NCBI GenBank assembly: GCA_029953675.1
Contig: JAMWBK010000002.1
Span: forward strand, 186,001-250,000
Direction of reading: 5' to 3'
Source of the DNA: Rhodosorus marinus CCMP1338
Lineage: Eukaryota; Plantae; Rhodophyta
DNA length: 64,000 nucleotides
The position numbers and the translations under genes are program-made. A model generated the notes under the pieces. That model saw nothing but the letters and a program-made list of their open reading frames with translations. It did no database searches and was not told the origin of the DNA. Position 1 is the stretch's first letter, and the number at the start of each line of letters is the position of its first letter. Positions 31,091 to 41,014 of the stretch are shown here, in pieces.

Positions 31091-33919
31091 CTAATAACTA
31101 GGGAGGGAAGCATGCAACCCCAGGCGCCGATGGCGCGCCTCGGAAAGCATGTCGCTGGAATATCGCCAAAGGGAGACACTTAAACGCCTCAAGAGCGCCA
31201 AATATTCAGTAGGATGCTCAGCAAAACATTTCCGCAACCACTCTAAACCCGACTTATCCACGTGACCAAAGCTTTCCACAATGAATGGCTCGAACCGGTG
31301 AGACCGACCCTCAGCGCAAGGCAGACTGGCCATGCTCTCAGCATACCGTCGTTCCTTAACTCTTCGAAGGGCTGAAGCCGCGGCCCCCCGGCGGCGGGCG
31401 GCTGCGGTGAGGTGGGCGCTGGCCGCGGGGCAGGTAATCGCAAGGTCCACATATGTTGAGCGTCTGGCAGCAGCGTCGGAGACGAGGAGATCGGCTATAC
31501 AACGGGGCGGTGCAGAGTCCGAGATGGATTTGGGCAGTTCCGACTCAACCTCAACCGTATGCCCTATCCGAGTCAAAAACTCGCTGAGGATGTACTTGAG
31601 GCGAGTGTGACGCCTCGTACGGAGACCTCGCAACAGTCCGCAGGAACCCAGGAAGTGGTAGCCACAAGCGTCAATCCGGCTCTCACATCCCTGACAGAAA
31701 GACGGCCGATTAGAGTGCCACGGAGCCTGTGGCAAACCGAGATAGATCCGTGCGGCAGAACGGAACTGGAAAGCATCGAGACGATGACTCAATGACGACG
31801 GTAGAGTGGTTAACCACAAGTGCGAGAGGTGGCCTCCCATGCCGCGGAGACGAGCGGCAGTGGTAGGCGGCGTGAGAGGAGAATTGAGCATGACTGTGTG
31901 AGCGGCACTGTGTTGGCCCCAGGTGAGGCTATGTTGAATCACATCAGTGCGGGAGCTCCACAATCGGCTCAAACCCGGGTAGTCTGCAACAGGGGACCCG
32001 GGGCTAGCCTCTCCGTCATCGGCAAGAACTCGGTCGAGGGGAGAATCCTCAATCGCTTCAGCTCGTCCCCATAACAGCTCCCTCCAGGAACGAAAGCGGG
32101 ACCGATTTGCGTCCGGCACGGCGTTGCACCTCCTGAACGCGTGTTGAAGACCATCATAAATTGTCAAAAGCGGGGGCGGCAGGGTCACTGGATCCTCGTT
32201 GGTCAAAGCTCGAGCCAAGAGGCAGGCACTTCGCATCTGGAAGGTCACCAACGTTCGCAGCGCGGTAGCCCAGGAGGCAACCGCCGCTGGCGAGCATACC
32301 AGCCCACGGTCTGCGACGCCGAATCCCCCTAATCGCAACGGGAGAGCGATCTGTGCACGAATTAAGTCCCTGTCGGGAGCAGCTTCAAGATCGAGGGGCT
32401 CATCCAAGAGCGTTCCCCAGTGTTGCAGGGTCATTTCGTCGGCTTTAGCCGCGATCCACGAGCCCCAAGCTGGAGGCAGGCTGCGCAACCAGTAGTTGAG
32501 TCTGGGACCGGCACAAAAGCGGGAAAGCAAGCAGGCCGATTGCAGCATGCTGTCGGGTAGGTGCTGAATGGCGTCGGTGAGTTGCTTGTGCCGTGCCAAA
32601 ACTCGCTCGCAGGATGCTTGGACAAAGTTGTCAGTCCCCAATCCGACGCCGTGGTGTTCGAACCCTTCACGTTCGCTAATTAGTCGCAGAGTGGGTGGCA
32701 GAGAGTTCAGCGACACGTCCCTCGCGGGGAGAAAGCGACATTTTTCTGTTTCCACAGTCAAACCGACGCGACGTGCAATCGCTTCGATCGCGGTCAGTCC
32801 CCTAGCCAGGGTGTCAGGGGTGCCCAGCAATGTTACGTCATCGTGGTACGCGCAGATTCGAAGATCCGAGACCTCAGTCGAAAGACGTAAAAGTACGAGC
32901 TGTAGGGCACAGGCATGAAGAAGAGGTCCGCAAGGATCGCCTTGTTGGACGCCAGTATGTGCTTGAAAAACAGTGCCCTCCGTTGTCAAGTAGGGAGGCT
33001 CTCTCCCTCCGTAAATACCCGATAGAAACGGCCACGCCTCCGGAAACACACGTCGGAGCACCTCTAGCGCATGCGTCCGCGACACGCTGTTGAATGCGTT
33101 CCGGAAATCAACCACCAAGACTCCCCACTCCGGCCTGCTGGCTTGTTCTAGCTCGATCCCATGGGTGATCAGTTCGCAACCCCCAGAAAATCCCACCCCT
33201 ACTTGCAAGGGCGCCATAAAAGCTGTGACGCGCTGGCGAAGGCGCTGGCATAGCCACCTCCCGGCCAACTTCCGTAGGCTCTCCACCATCCCGATCGGCC
33301 GGAGACGCGGGTGGGCCGGCTGGTGGTCAGGTTTCGTGAGCAAGCAAAGCTGTGCCTGCCGGAGATGTTCCCATGGCGCAGACGCACCCGATACGCCCTG
33401 GAACAACTTGTTAAGGATCCTCAGAAGCGCGCTCTGGCCAGACTGGCTCAGGGCCTGCAATAGCTCTGTTCTTAGTCCGGAGGGTCCGGGACAGCGTCCC
33501 CGACGCGAGGTACGAAGCAAATCCTCCAGGTCAGACTCACTGAGCGTCAGATCGATGCGAAACCTGGCCAACTCCGGACGGTCCAAGAATACCTCGAATT
33601 CAGGGGACAAATCCACGTCGGACTCAGGGAACAAAGACGACACCGTCTGGGCGAGACTATCACCGTAGGGGAGGACAGGCGCCTGGCCCTCCAAAACCCG
33701 CGCCGCTCGACTTAAATCGCCCACTGCTACCAATTTCTGTACTCGAGCTGGCACGGGCGACACTGTGCCATGCCGAGTCCGACGGGCGGATGGTGTTGAC
33801 GACGCCAAATAGCTCCGCTGTAGGACTTCGAAGTCTCCCTTCAAGAACAGGGCCAGTCGGTCTCGTACTCGCCATCTGCGCTCCGATGTGTGAATGGGGG
33901 CCAGAATCAGGCGCGGCAT
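31091..33919 (-). CDS. CRE-clade RT + restriction-like endonuclease ORF, uninterrupted, 942 aa from the first ATG
   Basis: RT motifs RPIGMVESLRKL, QVGVG..GCE, VDFRNAFNSVSR, GVQQGDPCGP, YHDDV; thumb LPLRLGGFG; CCHC CQGC-X9-H-X4-C; RLE RH..ADLLVSD..YVD..KERRY..FIVESFG. The frame stays open upstream to the junction at 34036. Confidence 0.95.
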   Translation of the reverse strand: MPRLILAPIHTSERRWRVRDRLALFLKGDFEVLQRSYLASSTPSARRTRHGTVSPVPARVQKLVAVGDLSRAARVLEGQAPVLPYGDSLAQTVSSLFPESDVDLSPEFEVFLDRPELARFRIDLTLSESDLEDLLRTSRRGRCPGPSGLRTELLQALSQSGQSALLRILNKLFQGVSGASAPWEHLRQAQLCLLTKPDHQPAHPRLRPIGMVESLRKLAGRWLCQRLRQRVTAFMAPLQVGVGFSGGCELITHGIELEQASRPEWGVLVVDFRNAFNSVSRTHALEVLRRVFPEAWPFLSGIYGGREPPYLTTEGTVFQAHTGVQQGDPCGPLLHACALQLVLLRLSTEVSDLRICAYHDDVTLLGTPDTLARGLTAIEAIARRVGLTVETEKCRFLPARDVSLNSLPPTLRLISEREGFEHHGVGLGTDNFVQASCERVLARHKQLTDAIQHLPDSMLQSACLLSRFCAGPRLNYWLRSLPPAWGSWIAAKADEMTLQHWGTLLDEPLDLEAAPDRDLIRAQIALPLRLGGFGVADRGLVCSPAAVASWATALRTLVTFQMRSACLLARALTNEDPVTLPPPLLTIYDGLQHAFRRCNAVPDANRSRFRSWRELLWGRAEAIEDSPLDRVLADDGEASPGSPVADYPGLSRLWSSRTDVIQHSLTWGQHSAAHTVMLNSPLTPPTTAARLRGMGGHLSHLWLTTLPSSLSHRLDAFQFRSAARIYLGLPQAPWHSNRPSFCQGCESRIDACGYHFLGSCGLLRGLRTRRHTRLKYILSEFLTRIGHTVEVESELPKSISDSAPPRCIADLLVSDAAARRSTYVDLAITCPAASAHLTAAARRRGAAASALRRVKERRYAESMASLPCAEGRSHRFEPFIVESFGHVDKSGLEWLRKCFAEHPTEYLALLRRLSVSLWRYSSDMLSEARHRRLGLHASLPSY

Positions 33920-34036
33920 GACCCCCAGAAAAACCCAAATGACTGTGTCCCGAATGTTGCGAGCCAGGCTCGTGAAGATGAAATCGAGAATGGTTCCAGC
34001 TATTAGAAGGTCTCCACGAGGAAGGACGACTGGGGG

Positions 34037-34042
34037 AAAAAA
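34037..34042 (-). terminator. Pol III oligo-T terminator of tRNA-Cys
   Basis: Minus strand ...GGGCCCT-TTGG-TTTTTT immediately after the discriminator base. Confidence 0.8.
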
Positions 34043-34046
34043 CCAA

Positions 34047-34118
34047 AGGGCCCACCCGGGATTGAACCGGGGACCTGTCGATCTGCAGTCGACCGCTCTA
34101 CCACTGAGCTATAGACCC
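34047..34118 (-). tRNA. tRNA-Cys(GCA), intronless, 72 nt
   Basis: GGGTCTA TA GCTC AGTGGTA GAGC G GTCGA CTGCAGA TCGAC AGGTC CCCGG TTCAATC CCGGG TGGGCCC T: complete cloverleaf, U73 discriminator, A and B boxes, no CCA. Confidence 0.97.
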
Positions 34119-34861
34119 AGTCGTTGTATTACTAGAAGTACGCTATTTTTTGGAGAACACTGACTTTCTACTCCAGTCCTTTGATTCCTCGAATTATTTC
34201 AGGACCTGTCCGATCTCCAAATAGCTTCCTTTTTGATGTACAAAACTTTGAGAAGCGGTTACGGAAGGAGCGCGAAGTATCTCTTCGATTTCTCCCAGCT
34301 TGTCTCTCTCCTCTAAGATCGTGTCCCAGATATCAGGATCAAGATGTGCTGAGGTATCGAACTCATCAACATCTTCTGGTACAGAATTTGTTTTCAGGTC
34401 TTCGTTTCCTGCTTCCGTTCTGGGAGCTGGTGAAACCTTTTTTTTGCCCGGTTCGCATTGAACCTACCTCAAAGTTTCAATCGTGTATGCAGTCGAATGT
34501 TCATCATCATCCGTTTATTCAGAGCCTGAGTACCCTGAGCAAAAGCGAGTCTGCTCAAGCTTTTCGCCGAAGCTCTTCCGGAAGCAGGTGGGACCTCATA
34601 GACTATGTATGCTATTGTGAATTTTAATTTAATAATTAATTATATCGATAGGGCAATGAGTTTTCTTGATAATACCAATGTACTTCAAAAATAGCCTGTT
34701 TTATAAACAAAAACGACACAACCCGAGGGCATGAATTAAAAATATGATGCTACCGCATAGGGCAATGAAATAGTATTAAAAATGGCGCCTATGGCCCGAT
34801 GGAAATAGTTCAGAATCGATGGGTACCCCTCGAGTTTTTTTTCATTATGGCGGTGCCCTAT

Positions 34862-35854
34862 TGGTTCCGCTCGCTCCCGACTCACCGGGGCCGGGTGGCT
34901 GGCAACCCGTGCCGACGAGGAGAGCTTTGGTGAGCTGAGATATTTCTTAGATCAGGAGTTGGGTCATCTTCCGCGGGCCACCCGTGATATCGTTTGGCCC
35001 AAGTGGGCCTACCCCTACGTCTGGGCGGTCTAGGCCTCTGTAACCGAGCTGTTATCCAACCATCGGCCGTGGTTGGGTCTTGGGGCACCGCCGCCCTCCC
35101 GACGTTGAGCGCGTTGGCTGTCTCTAACTTCCGGAATTTGGAGTTCAGTATTTCCAGTGATGATCTACACTCTAGTTTCCCTGAACGTGCCCGTGGTTTG
35201 TTTCTCGAGCTCCAATCGACGATGTCATCCTCTACCAGTCTCCCTGCCGACCTGCACCCACGCCTGGCTGGTTGGCGAGCCGGTTTTTCGCGGGCTCGCG
35301 GCGCACCGACCCGAACAGCTGCCGGTACTATACCTGCCGGGCTTGATCCTGTGGTTGCTGAGGAAACGGAGGTCCCTTGTGATCCTCCTGATGATGGACC
35401 GGGCTCAGGGAGTCGCGTCTCAACACGCACGGATGCGTTGCAAAACTCCCTTTCTTGGGACTTGCACCGTGCTGTCTACGGCCGACTTCTCGCGCAGATG
35501 GTCTCATCTTCCCGAGATCGCGCCCGCGTGCGTAGTCTTGGGGGTGTATCAGCTCTCAGTGGCTCACGAGGGTCCCAGCTTTTCCGCCACTCCACTCACG
35601 GATTTCGAAGGTGCACTTCTCTGCGTTTATACCTCGGCTTGCATCAGCCGTCCTGGCCTCTGTGCTCTCAGAACGAAGATACCCCGGATTCTGGCGCCCA
35701 CCTGCTCGCCAGCTGCCCCGCTGTGAAAGGCGCCCGAACCCGACGACGTACGAAGATCTTGAACCTGTCATACCGCGAACTTCGACCTATCGTACGGCAA
35801 GCCGGTCTTGAAATTGAACATGAAAAGCCCCTGCCTGTCGCAGACTACCAGAAT
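34862..35854 (+). mobile_element. CRE family B internal segment (thumb to start of RLE)
   Basis: AQVGLPLRLGGLG..CPLC-like..HLLASCP..PIVRQAGLEIEHEKPLPVADYQN; homology to the copy at 2395 stops at 35854. Confidence 0.85.
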
Positions 35855-36064
35855 CAGGGGGAGGGGGGGGAATCCAGTTTTGTGTGGTACCCTCTTGAGA
35901 ACTTTACACTTCTTATCACTTTTTGCACTTTATTGTACTTGTTTGCACATTATTGCACTTTTTACACTTCTTACCAGTGGGAGTTGTTTTTTACCCCTCA
36001 TGAGGAGGTTGGGCTGTCCGGTAAATTCTTGACGAGGATAGACTATTGAAGAACAGTATACAAA

Positions 36065-36487
36065 ATTGAATGAATTGGTTTCAATCGGAGGCTGAAAGAA
36101 AAAACCTCGAAAGGAAACAAAAGACTAAGCGCGGCGAAGATCGCGCACCTCCAACATCAAAGCAGCGTTCATACGCCACAGGAAGAAACTTAAACTGATA
36201 AACAACGAGGACAGACGTTCAAGGCGTTCTCGGAACAATTCCCGAAGCCAACGAGAACCAACGGAATCCATAATCCCAACTTGCACTCAATGACCTGAGG
36301 TACCAGGCGATGAGCTGGAGCCGAAGCACGAATGCCTGGGTAAGACAAGGCCTCGCATATTTCAACTCTTTGCGACGTCTCATATTGGCAGCGGCAAATC
36401 CACGGCGCTCTCCCGCAGTCGGCAAATAGCGACTAGCCTGAGGATTAGGAACAGCCAGATCAACGTAAGTCATTCGGCGTCTATCGA
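36065..36487 (-). mobile_element. CRE family B 3' segment in opposite orientation
   Basis: TYVDLAVPNPQASRYLP..MRRRKELKYA..; UTR ttcagcctccgattgaaaccaattcattca. Confidence 0.88.
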
Positions 36488-36627
36488 TACAAAAAAATTA
36501 AGGTGCTATATGAAATTCTTCGAAAAACCAGGTCCGATTACCTGTCCGATATAAATCGATCGGATATTCAATCAACGTAATCAATCATCTCCCTCACATC
36601 CCGTCCTCATTCTGAGTAGGTCAGTAA

Positions 36628-38000
36628 TGTTAGCAAACGTGTACAATCGAAGCGACTCCCTTCACCATGAAGACTTTGTCAGAGTTGCTCTTACAAATAC
36701 CATCCTAGGACATGGCCCTGGAACGTGTTGATGGCCGACAAAATGGGCGTGCAGACTCTAGGATGGAAGCTAACCTGTTGAATCAAGACACACAACGTGT
36801 AGACCATGAAGTGACTTCGAATCATAAGGGTTAACCAAGTCTTATGCCTATATAAGCCAAGTCATCCTAGTGAGGGAGACTCTAAGATAAAAGCAACAAG
36901 AGACATCAGAAACAAGCACAAAACACCTACTGGTTATGCGCCTGTTTCACGTTTGAAATACCCTAAATAAAAGAAGCGAAGGAGAAGAAGAAAGGTGGTT
37001 TGATGTGGTGCAGCAGGATGGACGCCGTGGGATGTTTCCTTAGATGCTCAAAGTTGGAAGACCTTGCCGACTATAACTGGATACTGAACGGAAGACCAAG
37101 ACGAAGCAACAACAAAAGCCCCGGGGTTCATAACCTGTGCCCGGGGGCTTTTGTTGTTGCTTCGTCTTGGTCTTCCGTTCAGTATCCTTTCGATAATTTG
37201 TAGGGTCTCCGTCCAGGAGCTTTTCTCTATGCCTGACTGGTACAAGAATACCCGCACGAGCATTAGGATGCTCCGATTGGCTCGCTCCGAGATCCGGTTC
37301 CTTTCCGCGCTGTATGGGAAGCAGACAATCATCGCGACTTCATCAAGCGAAGCAGAATACATCGCCCTGACGCACGGATTTCAGAAAGTACAGAGGGTGA
37401 AGAACTTACTGGCAGAGATCGATGCGCCGGCATTACCTACCAAGGTCTTCTCAGACAACACTGCCTGTCTCACCTGGAGCATAGACCCGGAAAAGCCGCT
37501 GCCTAAGCATGTTGATCTTCAGTACCAAATTTCACGACAGCAACACGACCTAGGAAGCGACGAGTTCCTATTCATCCATGCCAGGAGCAAGTCGCGGATA
37601 TACTCACCAAGGCGCTAGAAACGACGAAGTTCAACAGACACAGAGCCAAGCTGAGAATCCCAAACAAAGGGCGTCACTTCGACGAGGAGTGCTCGCAAAC
37701 GTGTACAATCGAAGCGACTCCCTTCACCACGAAGATTTTGTTCAAGTTGCTGATACAAATACCATCCTAGCACCTGGCCCGGGAACGTGTTCATGGCCGA
37801 CAAAATGGGCGTGCAGACTCTAGGAGGGAAGCTAACCTGTGAATCAAGACACACACGTGTAGAACCATGAAGTGACTTCGAAGCATGAGGGTTAACCAAG
37901 TCTGATGCCTATGTAAGCCAAGATCGTTTGTCATCCTAGTGGGGGAGACTCTGAGAAAAAAGCAGGAAGAGACATCAGAAACAAGCACAAAACACCTACT
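36628..38000 (+). mobile_element. Collapsed Copia element: LTRs 36628-36931 and 37690-38000, RNase H remnant, inverted integrase remnant
   Basis: ~305-bp direct repeats starting TG; PBS-like ggttatgcgcc at 36932; purine tract gacgaggag. Plus-strand ATSSSEAEYIAL..VFSDN..KHVDLQY (RNase H); minus-strand ISERANRSIL..FLYQSG..W.E (integrase core). Confidence 0.85.
37079..37187. repeat. Perfect 44-bp inverted repeat with 21-nt spacer
   Basis: ggatactgaacggaagaccaagacgaagcaacaacaaaagcccc (37079-37122) and its reverse complement (37144-37187). Confidence 0.95.
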
Positions 38001-38074
38001 TTGTCAACAAGTAACCGTTTTTTCGTGCGAGTGATTTGCCTAGGGAAAGTCCCAACGTCCAAACAGCGATCTTT

Positions 38075-38255
38075 CACTGAAAAAGATGCGTTGAAAATCA
38101 TCGGGTGAAATCGGTCGGCTATGGGACCATTTATCGGACGAAGCCTTTATGTTCTTTTCTGTTCAGGTCCGATAAACTCATATCGGACGGGGGTCCACCG
38201 AAGTTGCTCTCTAGTATTACGCAATACAGGTCCGATAAACGCTTATCAGACCGTC
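38075..38255. mobile_element. Possible DNA-transposon end (CACTG start, subterminal gtccgata/tatcggac repeats)
   Basis: cactgaaaaa at 38075; caggtccgataaac at 38164 and 38227; tatcggac at 38132 and 38181; the same motif occurs at 36529-36550. Confidence 0.35.
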
Positions 38256-38740
38256 CGTTAAGTATTGAACGGAGAAGACAACCCGGCCCCTATCAAATCA
38301 TCAGAAACCCGCGCGAGGCTCTGTGGACGGCCGATCAGCTGCTAAGTAATAGGAAGACTTGCGACTGGAGTCTGTCGCTCTCTTTTCGATTGGCTCGTTC
38401 ACAGTCGTCGGCAAAGCAGGCACGCGGGAAGTCTCGAACGCAGCTGAACCTTTCGGGTTTGACAGCAAGCGTACAGGTAGGTATGGTACCAGTTGCGGGC
38501 TTACGTCATATGTGCTCATCAAGGCTCTGTGAACCTGTCACTCAACCAAGCAAAGCGTTCAGGTGACGTTTCCAGCATGAAAGATAATGATATTCATTTA
38601 CCGTCTATTCAGAGTTCTTCTGTTAATACAGTTGTTAAAGCTGGGGGAAAACGTAAAAATTTGAACCTCCCGAAATGCACTGCTCTCGCGGCAGGGTGTA
38701 TCCTCCACGAAAAATCCACACCCACCTTCTCAGCCAACGC

Positions 38741-41014
38741 TTATGTGTACCTTGTATCGCCGCGCATGGGGTTCGTATCCACAGACATGATGAGATTGCC
38801 GGATTCCTTGTATTTTACTCTCCAGGATCTGCATCTAGCAGATGATTCACCAAGTTCTATGTCTTCAGGCTCATGGTGGTCCTTGGGTAAAGTAGTGAGT
38901 TCATATCTGCAGAATTTGGAGGTACCCTGAGCGAGATCTTCGGGTTTTCTGAGCGCCGTCATAACCCACTCTGTCGTTGCCATCGGAACCACAGCTGTCG
39001 ATTTTATCTTGCGTTGAGCGAGACGCTCCTGTATAGCCCTAGCGAATGCATAGAGCAGGCCCACGCCCGTCACCGTGAACACTGAAAGGATTCCTCCAAC
39101 GTATGTCTCTTGAAGAACTGCGACTTGCTTTGGTTCGAATGTGCTTACGCTTCTCTGAACACTTTGTATCTGAGTTGATATCAACGAGATGAGGACATGG
39201 TATAGCCACTGTGACCGTAGCCCAAGGATTCTCGAGCGGCTAGTGGCTGACCCGGTGAAGGTAGCCAACGTAGCATAGTGGCTCACGAGAATCTCGTCCA
39301 ATTTTACGATCGCCTCTTCCACTTGAGTTGCGTCTCCGCCCTCAACCTCAATTGCGTGAGCCATGACCCGAGTATCCACCCTGAACTTCGGAAGGCGCTT
39401 ATCGCTTTCGGAATCTGAGATCTCCCAGTGGTCGTAATGCAGCGTGGCGACCTTCGCTCCCATCTGACAGAACCTCTTCCTTGCTCCTGGTCTCGTGGCA
39501 CAGATCAAATCCGATTGGGCAGCGATAGCTATTGCTCGGTGTGAAGGTAGAATGGAATCATCAAGAAAATCCGCGTAATGCTCTCGAATCCTTGCGAGGC
39601 AGTCACGTTGCTCAGGTGTTTCCAAACCATCGTAAAGCAAGAATGCTCCTCTCGTCGATTGGCTACCGACAACGTATTTTTCAGTCCCTCCTTCAGGAAC
39701 TTGGATATCGACTTCCCTCCTGAAGCAGGACCCGGTACTCCTCGCCATGACGTATTCTCCACAGAATGTCCCGTTCAGCTGCAGCGTCATCGGCAGAAAT
39801 TCCTGATCCTTAAGGAGTGAGTTGGCATAGCACCCATCGTCCTTTTGACCTTGAAACGATTCAACGGTAGGCCGAAGGGGCAACATTTCATAGGAGAAGC
39901 TGGAGTCTCCCCATTGCCCTGTTCTTTTTCTAGACAAGTCCGTCAGACGTATCCGCTGCGCGTTCCCTTTTTCATAGTCGAAGCCATTATCAACGTGCAA
40001 CGTTGCCGTTTTCAGAACCCTGTGCCTTGGCCCGGGTAGTAAGAAGCCCGCATCCCTTCCCAGGGATATCACAGATGGAACTTGCCTGCTGTCCTTGCTA
40101 GTGACATGATATCTCAGAATGGGTGGAGATTCCCCTCCTAAAAGATCAGGCGATACGGCAGTTGGGATCTCCTGTTCAAGAATCTTTGCTGACATGTCAA
40201 GGGTTATCTGACGAACCGTAGCTTGGTCAAACGCGCAGTCTGGGTTGTCGAAATCCCACTGACCAGAGAAGGTGTTCTCACCGTCAAAGTCCACAAGCTC
40301 ACAGTCTTCGAGCAGCTCTCCAGTCGAGGCAGTCACTGTCTTATAATCGAACTCAATGTTGCTGACATTGTCCAGCTGCTCTATGGAACCGGACTCGAAA
40401 ATGCTCCTGCCAAAACTTAGGCTTTCACGGATCTTCTCGGCATGGAAGTTTAGCAGTTCTCTACCTTCTCGATCGCACCTCTGGCTATTGTTACCCCATC
40501 CCAGCCTCGTGCAGTTCTTCTTCATCGTTCCGCGGAGATCCACTGCTAGCTGTTCATACATTTCAAATGAACGACTAGGAGCGACGTTCGGCACAATGCC
40601 AGTCATGTTGTAGGAAGCATAATTTGCGGAAGGGAATTGTTTGGTTTTAAAGTCCAGTCCGTAGTCTATCAGCACGTGGAGCAGCACGAGCGAAAAACTC
40701 ATTGCTAAGGCGATGATGGCCTGTAACATACGAATTCGGAAAGAACGACGCTCTTTTCCGGTTAAAGCGTCTTCCTGTTCCAGCTTTCGCCACTTTGCCC
40801 AGCCAAAGCTCAGATACATCCACGTCCCCAACTCCTCAAAGGAAAAGATTTTGTTGCCTCTTCTCAAACATCTCTTTAGATCCGAAGCAGTCACACTATA
40901 CATCGCTCGTAACCAGATCAACTGCATCGCAATGAGGATGAGATCAGTCAGCACGTTGACGATCGTCGGATCCATGTCAATCTCCAAAACCATCTTGCCC
41001 TCGAAATTCAACAA
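38741..41014 (-). CDS. Unknown membrane protein (N-terminal hydrophobic segments, large Cys-containing loop, C-terminal TM), ~750 aa; start uncertain
   Basis: Long uninterrupted ORF. Hydrophobic stretches VLTDLILIAMQLIWL, AIIALAMSFSLVLLHVLIDYG and GILSVFTVTGVGLLYAFA. First ATG at 40993; an upstream exon is possible. Confidence 0.75.
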   Translation of the reverse strand: MLNFEGKMVLEIDMDPTIVNVLTDLILIAMQLIWLRAMYSVTASDLKRCLRRGNKIFSFEELGTWMYLSFGWAKWRKLEQEDALTGKERRSFRIRMLQAIIALAMSFSLVLLHVLIDYGLDFKTKQFPSANYASYNMTGIVPNVAPSRSFEMYEQLAVDLRGTMKKNCTRLGWGNNSQRCDREGRELLNFHAEKIRESLSFGRSIFESGSIEQLDNVSNIEFDYKTVTASTGELLEDCELVDFDGENTFSGQWDFDNPDCAFDQATVRQITLDMSAKILEQEIPTAVSPDLLGGESPPILRYHVTSKDSRQVPSVISLGRDAGFLLPGPRHRVLKTATLHVDNGFDYEKGNAQRIRLTDLSRKRTGQWGDSSFSYEMLPLRPTVESFQGQKDDGCYANSLLKDQEFLPMTLQLNGTFCGEYVMARSTGSCFRREVDIQVPEGGTEKYVVGSQSTRGAFLLYDGLETPEQRDCLARIREHYADFLDDSILPSHRAIAIAAQSDLICATRPGARKRFCQMGAKVATLHYDHWEISDSESDKRLPKFRVDTRVMAHAIEVEGGDATQVEEAIVKLDEILVSHYATLATFTGSATSRSRILGLRSQWLYHVLISLISTQIQSVQRSVSTFEPKQVAVLQETYVGGILSVFTVTGVGLLYAFARAIQERLAQRKIKSTAVVPMATTEWVMTALRKPEDLAQGTSKFCRYELTTLPKDHHEPEDIELGESSARCRSWRVKYKESGNLIMSVDTNPMRGDTRYT

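Larger units (their letters stand above)
31043..34122 (-). mobile_element. Composite insertion: pre-tRNA-Cys fused to a 5'-truncated CRE family A element
   Basis: Perfect 11-bp direct repeat gttgtattact at 31032-31042 and 34123-34133 brackets the tRNA and the element together. Confidence 0.82.

Noticed and set aside
34037-34118. Element simply inserted downstream of a resident tRNA gene (tRNA-targeting)
   Set aside because: This does not explain the 11-bp repeat lying upstream of the tRNA and no TSD is seen at the terminator junction. Disfavoured, but only the empty allele can exclude it.
33919-34118. tRNA sequence translated as the N-terminus of the RT ORF
   Set aside because: The frame runs through most of the tRNA but meets TAG near its 5' end with no ATG.
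34649-34860. TAGGGCA...TGCCCTA possible hAT ends
   Set aside because: No matching target duplication for either left end.
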